Shown here: positions 25,241-36,966 of the stretch, in pieces | Layout of the letters: each line of letters opens with the position of its first letter | How positions within the stretch are numbered: position 1 is the stretch's first letter | Source: Chrysomallon squamiferum | Lineage: Eukaryota; Animalia; Mollusca | Direction: 5' to 3' | Assembly: GCA_012295275.1 (NCBI GenBank) | Contig: CM022670.1 | Coordinates: 33,232,001 to 33,296,000, forward strand | DNA length: 64,000 nt | Notes under the pieces: model-generated | The model's input: only the letters and a program-made list of their open reading frames with translations | What the model was told of the DNA's origin: nothing | The model's database searches: none | Program-made: the position numbers and the translations under genes

Positions 25241-26485
25241 CATCATGCTGATATGTCAGAAAATTGCAGTTTTGATAGTTTTACCCCGTGTTTGGTTTGC
25301 GACATGATCTTACGGGATTACAATAAACACATGATTGATGATGGTTCTAAATTCACACAAAAATAACAAACTAAGTTTTTTAATCTCTTTAAAAACTTTG
25401 TTATCATGGAAATTGAAAAACAGAGAATATCTTGGTTGTATTTTAAGCTCTCTGTAAACCTAACGGTCTAATCTCATGCTGAACAACAGATTTGTGGTGA
25501 GAATGGTTTGCAAACAAAGCGTGTACATTTAACATTTATTTTTTGGTAAAAGATTTAGTCATTTAAAAGTAAGAATAATAACACTTGTGGTGCTGATGTG
25601 ATGTTGAATACCTTTCTTCTTTTCATTTTTATTTTCTACTTTTTTATCATTGCTAACTCTTTTTTTTTTTCAAAAAATGTCAAACGATAATTCTTTGACA
25701 TTTGAAATGTTTAATAAAATGAATTAATACTAATAGTGTTTGGAAGTTGTTACTGATTCTGTTATGAATTATACACCCCAAAATATATGTCTAGTGTTAA
25801 AAGTGTCATAAAATGTGGGAACATTATTGATACTGTTCGAAGACAATTATTAATGAATATACATTTTGGAAATTGCATCATAGAAATAATTAAATATTAT
25901 AAAATAAAGTAACAAAAAAAAAAAAAAAAAAAAAAAAATAAAAAACATCTTCTGCATAAATCTCCACATACTGAATTTATTATGTTTTTACATTATATAT
26001 GTTGTTTGGTTAGGAATTCATACAGTACAGTAACTTATTTAAAAACGAATAAATTTATTATGATTTTGATGCAAAATTATTATTCCTGATGTAGTTTGTT
26101 ACTTCTGTTGAAAATTACACTAAGATATCAATTTTACTGTAGACTTTCTGATCTACCGGCTTATAAAATTAATGACTTGGAACATTATGGCTGAGACTTC
26201 TGCAGTAGACGGGAATAAATAATTTATTTCAAATATCTAATATACTTATTCAACAGTAAAATAACTCATAAAGCTCTTTCATCATGCACCAAGAAGCTCC
26301 ATAACAGAATATGTGTTGATAACAGAACTGGTTGATAGTCGAAAATATTGATAAACTGGAAAAAGTTCAAAGTTTAGAAGATTACAAATATGTTTACGGC
26401 ATTCAAAATTGTCAGGAATAATGTGATGTTCGTATTAAAATAAAATAAAACATACGTGTTACTGTCATTAAGAATTACAATGTGT

Positions 26486-26516
<31 letters not shown>

Positions 26517-27907
26517 TTTTACTTTAGTTTGCTTTTATAATTGGAAAATTTTAATCAATACACACTAAATGCATTTTCTTTTCACTTTTTCTTATCAAAT
26601 AAAATATTAACTTTAACTAGTTTAATTTAAATATAATAAGTAAATTTTAAAGTTGTAATGTTTTACAATTAACTAATTTCAATTAAATTTTTATTAACCA
26701 ATTACTGCTACGATTCTCTTTACTCGTACACAAATTATATGTAATCAAATAATAAAATAAATCTTATTTAGTACACTCTGTAACTACATGTCAGCACAAA
26801 ATGTATCTTCTATAGTGCATTCTGAGTCGTCTCACATACAGACACACACACATACACATACCAACACCCATTAAACATAAATATAAATTTTACACATACT
26901 CATTCACATCCACATACACACACATACATACATATAAACATACCTACATGCAAATAATTACTGTCGATATTTTAATGAAAATATTAACAAAATAAAATTC
27001 AATAAACTATTTTTTTTTTAACAATTAATCTGGTAACCTGTAATATAGCCATATACAGATTTTTTATTATTGTTTTGTTTTTGTTTAAGAGACTAAGGCA
27101 TATTTCAGAGTGTTACATATTTAAAAGACCATTGTCTTCTTCACTGAAGCGTTATTGTTACCATATGAGCAAACATTTCCTATATGGAGATATTACTACA
27201 GATGTGTATATGTGCCAAATCTATCTTTTTTTTCTGGTCTACATTTTTTTTTTCTTTATTATTATTCAGTGGAATAATAAATGAACACTGAAAAGATTTA
27301 AATATCGAGTAACAATCTTTAACTTGCGCAGTGACATGTTACAATCTTTTATTGTTTTTCAAAAGCATATCGGTGGAAATGAGTTAGCATTTCGGTATTA
27401 AATAGTCGTATATTAACACTTATGAAGTCATAAAGCTGACAAAATATTAAAAAGGAATAGTTTTACAAGTGACTGTAATATTATGCATAAAGTTAATATT
27501 TATTAATAAAAATAAATAGATAAATAAATAAATAAAAATATATGTTTTTAAATTGCTAGACAGACACACATTACACATACACAATAATAGAATAAAATAT
27601 TCGTTTGAATATTATGGTAAACTTAACATTTTTAAGAAAAGAGTTTTATTTTATTTTTTTAAATGTATTAGAATAGAAAAGAAATTTATTTAGTTATTTT
27701 TTTTGTTTTAGTTTTGTAGGAATTTGCGTTTTTATTTTATTTCTAGCAAGTATCTTGCAGTGTGAAATGTGTTTGATTTTAAAATATTAAACGGTTTACA
27801 GAAAAAAGAATATATGTAATATGTATGACTTCATATTGAAATAACGTGCTTACGTACAGAACTATGTATTCAATAATATGCATTCTATTTAAAAAAAATA
27901 AAAATAA

Positions 27908-27959
<52 letters not shown>

Positions 27960-30099
27960 TAAATAAATAAATAAATAAAAAGGTATCCAGATCAACTTAT
28001 CACCCACGTTCAGTTGGATCGTGGATGTAACTCATCGACTGATTGTAAATGTAACAGTAAAACTAACGACATAGAGTCACGTGGCTTTGTGACGCGGAAT
28101 CTGTTAGAAATAAAACAGTGACTCGATCTTTGCAGACTTTTGTTTTACACTGATATATTATAGATATATTATTTGAGTTATAACTAAAACTGTGATATAA
28201 CAGTAATAACAATAATATCAATAGCAATAAGAACAACCATAAAGATAATGATGATGATAAACACAACATAATAGGAAACAGAAGCGACAGATACGCTGTA
28301 CTGCATTAGTTAATGTTACAGTCATTACAGGACCAACCCGTGTTAATTAACATTTATTATTACAGATTAATCTTAATGCAAGCATGAACCAAGGTCGTCC
28401 ACTAGGCGAAGCTATTTCTTCTAAAATGACTCACTGTGTCCTAGGTTTGACCTTGACAGTTCCCTTTGAGTTCTTTTCCACTGGAATATCATACTTTGGT
28501 ACTTTCAGCTACATGATCATTCTCTATCAATATTTTTAAAATTTAAATTATTTTATACTATTTTGCATGAAAGTAAATACAATAAACAATAATTAGCACT
28601 AAAAAAAAACGATATAAACTAAATGAAGGAAATATCTTAATTTTATTATTATTTTTTTTTTTAAATAAATAAATAAATAATACTGCAAATAATAATATTT
28701 ATTTCAACAAATTTTATCCTTTCAAAATAATTTTTAATAGTTTTTAATGAAATTACTTTCAGAATATATCTTGATCATTTTACTATTTTAATAAATATTT
28801 AATCTCCAATAAAGAAAAAAACAAAACAATTATTTCATTAGTGAAAGATGACTTAATTTGCGCCTTGAGACATAATTAATATATTACATGTATAAATCAT
28901 CTTGAAAATAACAAATCTGTCCTGTTCACCGACGTAAATGTAGATTTGTATTTATGTAATGTCACACCTGACCTTCAGATTTTGATAAAACACGTCCTAA
29001 TTATCATATATAAGCTAAATACTAGCATATAAGTAAACTTCCTGGATTGCAAAATAAAAGAAAAATAAGGTTCAGAATCTTGTTCTGGAGATAAACAATC
29101 TAATACTTCAACCAATGAATTCATCCGGTTCAAGATTTCCTTGAAACTATTCACAAGCCTGCCAAACATCTGAAATGTAAATTATAATCAGTAACTGTTT
29201 GAATAAGGCTTGTTTTTTGAACATGCAATGATCCAATAAATCATAAATGAGGATACCATCTGACGCAGTGTTTTGGGTGACTGCGAACTGTTAAGTTTTG
29301 TTGTTTCGAGTTCAACATGTGACGTTTGGTAACACTATCAAGGTGTTCACTATTCAGCGTGCTGCTGTTCTTCTTTAATGTGGATTATAATCAAAACATG
29401 TAGTTCTGTGGTCAATACAAAGACCTGAAAATACTACAGATAGTAGACGTTATTCTGGTAAGTTTGCTAAACTTGATTTATAATGTTTTTTATTTATTGA
29501 AGGATAAATTACTAAATTACTTCCTTAAGGACATGGATTGGAATAGTTTGAAAATGGTTAATATCATTATCTTTTAATAAGTATTGTCAGATGAAGTTCA
29601 AAAATAATTTTCATTGTATAAATGGGTTTTTTCTGATTGTAGCCTGTGTGAATACAAATAAGGCTAACAGAATTGGTGTAAACGATGAGTAGTAAAATAC
29701 ATTTTAAATAAATGTTTTGCAGATTTTTAGAAGACTTGCACATTTAAACATTAGAATATTTGCATTTTGTAACTGAGTAGTTCTTTTCAAACTGCTATTC
29801 CAAGATGTCTGCTCCATTTTTAGTCCATGCGACAAAAAAAATAAAATAAAAATAAAAATAAATAAAAAATAAATAATAATAATAATAATAATAATAAGAA
29901 GAAGAAGAAGAAGAAGAACAACAACAACAACAACAAAAACTACAGTAATAACTGCAGACAGAGTAGGTAAAAACAAAAATGAATTACATTTTATTGTGAA
30001 ATAACCATATTTAATTAAAATTAAAATTAAATTTCCTACGCTGCAGATACAAAACATAAGTTATTTTGAAGCAGACTGTTTCGAAAGCTTGAATATGCA

Positions 30100-30433
30100 C
30101 TGTCATTTTAGTAAATAACAACCAGCGTTGTTACAGTAATATAATCCTGTCATTTTAGTAAATAACAACCAGCGTTGTTACAGTAATATAATCCTGTCAT
30201 TTTAGTAAATAACAACCAGCGTTGTTACAGTAATATAATCCTGTCATTTTAGTAAATAACAACCAGCGTTGTTACAGTAATATAATCCTGTCATGTTAGT
30301 AAATAACAACCTTGCGTTGTTACAGTAATATAATCCTGTCATTTTAATAAATAACAACCAGCGTTGTTACAGTAATATAATCCTGTCAATTTAATAAATA
30401 ACAACCATGAGTTGTTACAGTAATATCATAATA
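30100..30433. repeat. 47-bp minisatellite, 7 units (unit-4 intron)
   Basis: Same monomer starting at 30100, 30147, 30194, 30241, 30288, 30336 and 30383. Confidence 0.92.
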
Positions 30434-31005
30434 CTGTGCCTCTACAGTTTGATAGTCAAAGTGTACTATAGTTTTATTTAATACAATTTAATACAAGCAG
30501 TTAACTATTTCATAAGCAAATTAATATAAATATAATCTACAAAACTAATATTCAAAACACGTAACAAACAATTAAACACAAAATATAAAAATGTAAAAGT
30601 TACAACTGCATCATGTATTACGTATATATCATCAAAATTCATAAATCATGTTTGTCATAGTAGCTCTTACTATCCAAGTATCACTGTAGAAAATGTGACT
30701 TTTGATAATGAAAAGAAAAGGAAACATTGTCATATGATATTATCGAAATGTTTCCACATAAGAAATAAACATAATTTAATAATGAATAGAGTTTTTGTGT
30801 TTTTATAAAAATAAAGAAGTGTTCGATTTCTCGAAATTTTAACCTAATCTATGCAAAATATAATTTTGGTAACATTGGCCATGTATGTTTCTATCATTTG
30901 AATTTTATGAAGAGAAAATTATGAATAAGCAAGTATTATGTCCTTAGGTATGGTATATATTTATTTCTTCTTTTTTTTTTTTCTTTTTTTAATAAAGATT
31001 AAGGC

Positions 31006-31901
31006 ATGTCTAAAACAATTTCAACTCGTGGAAGGATGAACGAGGATGAAGAAAAATGTATTCAGAACAACTTGGTGGAAATAGAGAGGACTGTAGAGGC
31101 AAATCATCTCGTCACACATCTTTTTGCTTCCGATATCATTACCCTGGACGACAAAATGGAAATCACTTCTGCCGAATCCAGACAGAAACGTATCCGACTT
31201 CTAGTAGATAAAATCATTCTTCAAGGAGGACCGCTGGCCTTCACTGAATTCATCAGATCTCTTGAAAAGAGTCACTATTTGGATCTTGTGGCAAAACTCA
31301 TCGGTTCAAATTCTATCAGTCCCAGAGGCGATGATGATGTTGATGATGATATCAAAAAATGGAAACGTGGTAAAAATATCGAACGCAGACTTGAACTGCT
31401 GAGAGATCGAATTTTTAAATTGGATGAAAAAGTCTCAAATATTGATGACCTGAAACAAGATATAACAATCATCAAAGATTCTCTGAAAGAAATAAAAGTG
31501 CTGACTGCAAAGGAAGTTGAAACTAAAATGACCATCGAAATGCTGACACAGCAGCTGAACGAAAAAACGAAGAAACTGGAAGAAGCTGAAAGACAAATTG
31601 ATCTTCTCGAAAGCAAAATCCAAGAACTCGAAGAACAGAGAAAGAAAGATAAAATGGAAATTAACAATCTGAAAGGCGCGATGACGAGGCAGGATTTCAC
31701 GATCAACACTCTGAAGAATAAGATAGGACTGCAGGATGATCTGATGAAAGAAAAAACGAAAGCCATTGAGGAACTGAACAAAAGGATGTAGATAAAGAAA
31801 CTCGACTGAAGAAATTGGAAAATATGGTGCTGAATCAACGTTACCAATCCAAGCAGAGGTCGCCGGTTAAAATGAAGCCTAAAAACAGATTTGACAATTG
31901 A
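31006..31901 (+). pseudogene. CARD + coiled-coil copy 4 with a 1-nt deletion; truncated 261 aa ORF 31006-31791 (pseudogene, short isoform or assembly error)
   Basis: AACAAAAGGATGTAG at 31777-31791 versus AACAAAAAGGATGTAG in copy 1. The homologous tail continues in the shifted frame to the ancestral TGA at 31899-31901 (896 nt versus 897 nt). Confidence 0.65.
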
Positions 31902-34069
31902 CATCATGCTAATATGTCAGAAAATTGCAGTTTTGATATTTTTACCCCTGTGTTTGGTTTGCGACATGATCTTACGGGATTACATTAAACACATGATTGA
32001 TGATGGTTCTAAATTCAGACAAAAATAACAAACTAAGTTTTTTAATCTCTTTTAAAAACTTTGTTATCATGGAAATTGAAAAACAGAAAATATCTTTGTT
32101 GCATTTTAAGCTCTCTGTAAACCTAACGGCCTAATCTCATGCTGAACAACAGATTTTTGGTGAGAATGGTTTGCAAACAAAGCGTATACATTTAACATTT
32201 ATTTTTTGCTAAAAGATTTAGTCATTTAAAAGTAAGAATAATAACACTTGTAGTGCTGATGTGTTGTTGAATACCTTTCTTCTTTCCATTTTTATTTTCT
32301 TCTTTTTTATCATTTTTTTTTTTTTTTTCAAAAAATGTCAAACGATAATTCCTTTGACATTTGAAACGTTTAATAAAATGAATTAATACTAATAATGTTT
32401 GGAAGTTGTTTTAAATAATAAATACATATTCCTATTTACTGATTCTGTTATGAATTATACACCCCAAAAATATGTCTAGTGTAAAAGTGTCATAAAATGT
32501 GCGAAAATTATGGATACTGTTCGTAGACAATTATTAATGAATAAATATTTTGGAAATTGCATCAAAGAAATAATTAAATATTATAAAAGAAAGTAACAAT
32601 AAAACAAATAAAAATCTTCTGTATAAATCTCCACATACTGAATTTGTTATGTTTTTACATTATATATGTTGTTTGGTTAGGAATTCATATACTAACTTAT
32701 TTATAAACGAATAAATTTATTATGAAATTGATGCAAAATTATTATTCCTGATGTAGTTTGTGACTTCTGTTGAAAATTACAATAAGATATCAATTTCTGA
32801 TCTACCGGCTTATAAAATTAATGACTTGCAAGATTATGGCTCTGAATTCTGCAGTAGACGGGAATAAATAATTGATTTCAAATGTCTAATATACTTTTTC
32901 AACAGTAAAATAGCTTATAAAGCTCTTTCATGCACCAAGAAGCTCCACAACTAAATATGTATTGATAACAGAACTGGTTGATTGTCGAAAGTACTGATAA
33001 ACTGGAAAAAGTTCAAAGTTTAGAAGATTACAAATATGTTTGTTTAAAATTGTCGACTGACATAAAAAATTTATTTATTTATTTATTTTTCTAGTTTGCT
33101 TTTAATTGGAAAAAAATTTTGAAATACACACAAAATGCATTTTTCCTTTCCCTTTTCTTATCAAATAAAATATTTTAAAAATTTTTGTAATATTTTACAA
33201 TTAACTAATTTAAATTAAATGTTTATTAACCAATTACTGCTAGGGTTCCCTTTACTCGTACACAAATTACATGTAATCAAATAATAAAATAAATCTTATT
33301 TAGTACACTCTGTAACTACATGTCAGCACAAAATGTATCTTCTATAGTGCATTCTGAGTCATCTCACATACAGACACAGACACAAACACATACCAACACC
33401 CATTAAACATAAATATAAATTATATATATATATATATACACACTCATTCACATCCACATACACACACATACATACATATAAACATACCTACATTCAAATA
33501 ATTACTGTCGATATTTTAATGAAAATAATATTAACAAAAATAAAATTCAATAAACTAGTTTTTTTTTAACAATTAACCTGATAACCTGCAATATAGACAT
33601 ACACAGATTTTTTATTATTGTTTTGTTTTTGTTTAAGAGACTAAGGCATATTACAGAGTGTTACATATTTAAAAGGTCATTGTCTTCTTCACTGAAGCGT
33701 TATTGTTACCATATAAACAAACATTTCCTATATGGAGATATTACTACAGATGTGTACATGTGCCAAATCTATCTCTTTTTTTTTTGTTTTTTTTTTTTTC
33801 TTTATTATTATTCAGTGGAATAACAAATGAACACTGAACAGATTTAAATATCGAGTAACAATTTTTAACTTGCTCAGTAACAGGTTAGAATATTTTATTA
33901 TTTTTCAAAAGCATATCGGTGGAAATGAATCAGATTTAAGAGGTCGTATATTAACATTTATAAAAATAAAAAAGCAAAATATTTACAAGTGAATATAATA
34001 TTATGCTTAGAGTTAGTATTTATTAATAAAACATAATAAATAAATAAATAAAAATATTTTTTAAAATTA

Positions 34070-34356
34070 CTTCGCCATTGAAACATCTGTGTTGAAACAT
34101 ACTGAGCGCGTTTTATGCAGTATTTTGCCAAATTCGTCTTTCTGACCATGGATCCTAAGAAAGTGAATGCAGTGGAAGTGCTTAGAAGAAGAGGCGGATG
34201 ATGTCCACTGAATTAAAGCATGAAATTATGGAAAAAACATGAACGAGGTGTGCATGTAGTTGACTTGGTTAGGCAGTACGAGCCATAGTACTTCTACGCA
34301 GAAGGAGTCGATAAAGGCTATAACTTCAGCCAAAAGCGTTAAAATAATTTTTCCGA
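34070..34356 (+). mobile_element. Degenerate Tigger/pogo-type DNA transposon fragment (transposase N-terminus, CENP-B-like HTH)
   Basis: From ATG 34148, reading across frameshifts and a stop: MDPKKVNA...KKRRMMSTELKHEIMEK-HERGVHVVDLVRQY...QKESIKAITSAKSVKII, resembling TIGD1/Tigger N-termini as recalled. Present only in the unit-4 spacer. No TIRs identified. Confidence 0.7.
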
Positions 34357-35337
34357 TCTCCAATATAAATACACTTTACAAAACCAATTTATTTCTTTAC
34401 ATTCTTTACATTTAAAAGCACGTTACAAAAAATTAGGATATATATATATGTATATATATATATATAATAATAATAATTATAATAATAAAGAATAAAATAT
34501 TCGTTTGAATATTAGGATAACCTTAACATTTTTAAGAAAAGTGCTAGTTTTAATTTTTAAATGTATTAGAATACATTCACAATATATATATATAATGATG
34601 AAAAAGGTGAAAAACAATTTTTTAATTTTTAATTTTTGTTTTAACAACAACAGTAACAACAACAAAACCAACAATAACAACAACACCCCTAACAAAAACA
34701 CCAACAACACCCATAACAACAACAACAACAACAACAACAATAATAATAATAACGATGATGATGGTGGTGGTGATGATAATAATGGAGATGGTGGTGATGA
34801 CGATGATGATGCTCAATAGCTTGGCCTAAGGTTTATTTAGTTTTGTCCCTGACGCACTTCACTTAGTACACAGAATCGATGACTTATTTGTTACTTACTG
34901 TTCGACTTTACGACCGTGCGCCTCGGAAATGTTGGTATATACGTATCTGCCAACACTGGGGCAAGATGCTTTTCATCCCTGTCATGAGATTTAAGACGAA
35001 TGGGACGGGAAAAACAAAACAAAAATGCAACAGTTTAGACTAAGCTTAGTAGTAAGTTTGTAAAGAAAACTATTCCGGCAGTTTTCCGAGTCAGCGACAT
35101 CTTTGATCCACTTTCCAGCGTTATTAACACTAAACAAATATTTTCTGGGCTTTTTGTTTGTTTGTTTGTTTGTTTTTTCTAGCAAATATATTAAATATCT
35201 TACAGTGTGAAATGTGCTTTGATTTTAACAAATTAAACGGTTTACAGAAAAAAGAATATATGTAATATCTATTACTTAAGGTTGAGATAACATGATTACA
35301 TACAGAACCATGTATTCAATAATATCGATTCTATTAA

Positions 35338-35397
<60 letters not shown>

Positions 35398-35745
35398 ATT
35401 TAAAAAAAAAAAATCAGCTTACGACTACACCACACACGTTCAGCTGGTCGGAACGTGGTCTTAACTCTACGACTGTCTGTGACTATAACAGTAAAACTAA
35501 CGACATACAACCATTTGTTGTATGACGTAACAGCCTGTTAGAAATAAAGCAGTGGCTCGATCTTTGTAGACTTTTATTTTCACCGATATATAATGTGTTA
35601 TTTTATTTTTTTATTTTATTTTAGTTAAAACTAAAACTCTGAGTTTCTAATAATTTAGTAGGAACGTGATCATTTTTAAATTATGGCGCATACGTTTGAA
35701 TAATGGCTGGCTCTGAATATGAGTTTGTCTTTTCGTGCGCGCATT

Positions 35746-35816
<71 letters not shown>
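35746..35816. repeat. (AG)n microsatellite
   Basis: Pure AG tract of ~70 bp. Confidence 0.95.
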
Positions 35817-35819
<3 letters not shown>

Positions 35820-36966
35820 AATTTCAGTATTTCTTTTTTTCTTTTTCTGTATAACTTTACATTATTATTATTATTATTATTGTTGTTGTTGTTGTTGTTG
35901 CTGTTGACGTACACACATACCCATATTTGTTTCTATTTTCTTTCTTTTTTGATTACTTTACATTATTATTATTGTTGTTTTTGTTGTAGTCATTATTATT
36001 ATTATTATTATTAAATAACAAAACGGATATATTTAAATACGTTGTTCGGCTGTAAACAGCCCGCACAATGATTTTCAATAAGTAAGAAAAATGACACTTG
36101 AAATGCACCAGAAACTAAGTCGGAATCCGTAACAAGATAAAGCTGACATTTACGCATGAATAGAGGAATGTTGACCACGTTACTGTAGCCTGATTACTAA
36201 TAATCTACGCGAGGGGATTGATTCTGACAGCCACGTGTCCCAGAACCTGTTAACCGACTGGGCAAACGTAGAAGTTTAGGAAGAAAGTAAGACATTCCTT
36301 GCTTCTGGTTTTTACTGACGTTGAGTATGTGACAAATCGTTCGTTAAAGAAAGGGAAATTTCTCTAATGGATACTTCAGTTTACTGTGTGTTCAGAAGCT
36401 GCGATCGGTTATAATTCTCGAGTTAAATATATCTGGAATACTAATATTTTCAGTACATTAAAAGCTTTTCTCGGAAAACGTTCTTACTCAGGAAGCATTT
36501 GTCTTAGTGCCATTAATACTCGAAGTTGAATTAACTTTCTTTCTTTTTGTACAGTAGTATAAATATTTACCTAGCAAAACACTGATCCTGTGACAACATG
36601 CTTAAGGCCTGACTTACAGACATTGTGTTACGTGCAGAAAAGAACCTAGCCTACCAGGTAATACCTACTCGAATATCCAGGTGGTGTATACACGAGGAAC
36701 TATTTCATATAACTGTATTTACAGTATAAAGAGTATCAGCTGAAGCGTTCACAAGCCAATTGAGTAAAAAAAAAAAAAACACACTTACTGGTGTGAATGT
36801 AATTATAAAGATATAAATATTGTATATGTATATCGTTTCAGATATTATTATTCGTCAGGCGGGACAAAAATATAACTATTAATTACTGTGCTGAATGGTG
36901 CTGGAGATTGGAAGAACGAATCCCTGATGTTTCTGTTGTCAAAATGTTCACCATGAGTTTGTCCTG

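Larger units (their letters stand above)
8940..35640 (+). repeat. Four-unit tandem segmental duplication carrying the CARD-coiled-coil genes
   Basis: Marker gaaacagaagcgacaga recurs at 9001, 14628, 22009 and 28275. Upstream block, GTAAGT donor, intron, ORF, 3' region and spacer are collinear in all units. The unit-end block (gactcgatctttg.agacttt...caccgatata) recurs at ~14443, ~21826, ~28120 and ~35555. Confidence 0.95.

Noticed and set aside
27075-27284. Short ORF repeated at 33623-33823
   Set aside because: TTG start, spacer DNA, disrupted in units 1 and 2.
30100-30433. Possible CRISPR-like array
   Set aside because: Monomers are head-to-tail with no unique spacers, the context is a eukaryotic intron and no cas genes are present.
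8940-35640. The repeat unit as a gene-carrying transposon
   Set aside because: No TIRs, LTRs, target-site duplications or Helitron-type ends seen at the unit boundaries; plain tandem duplication is sufficient.
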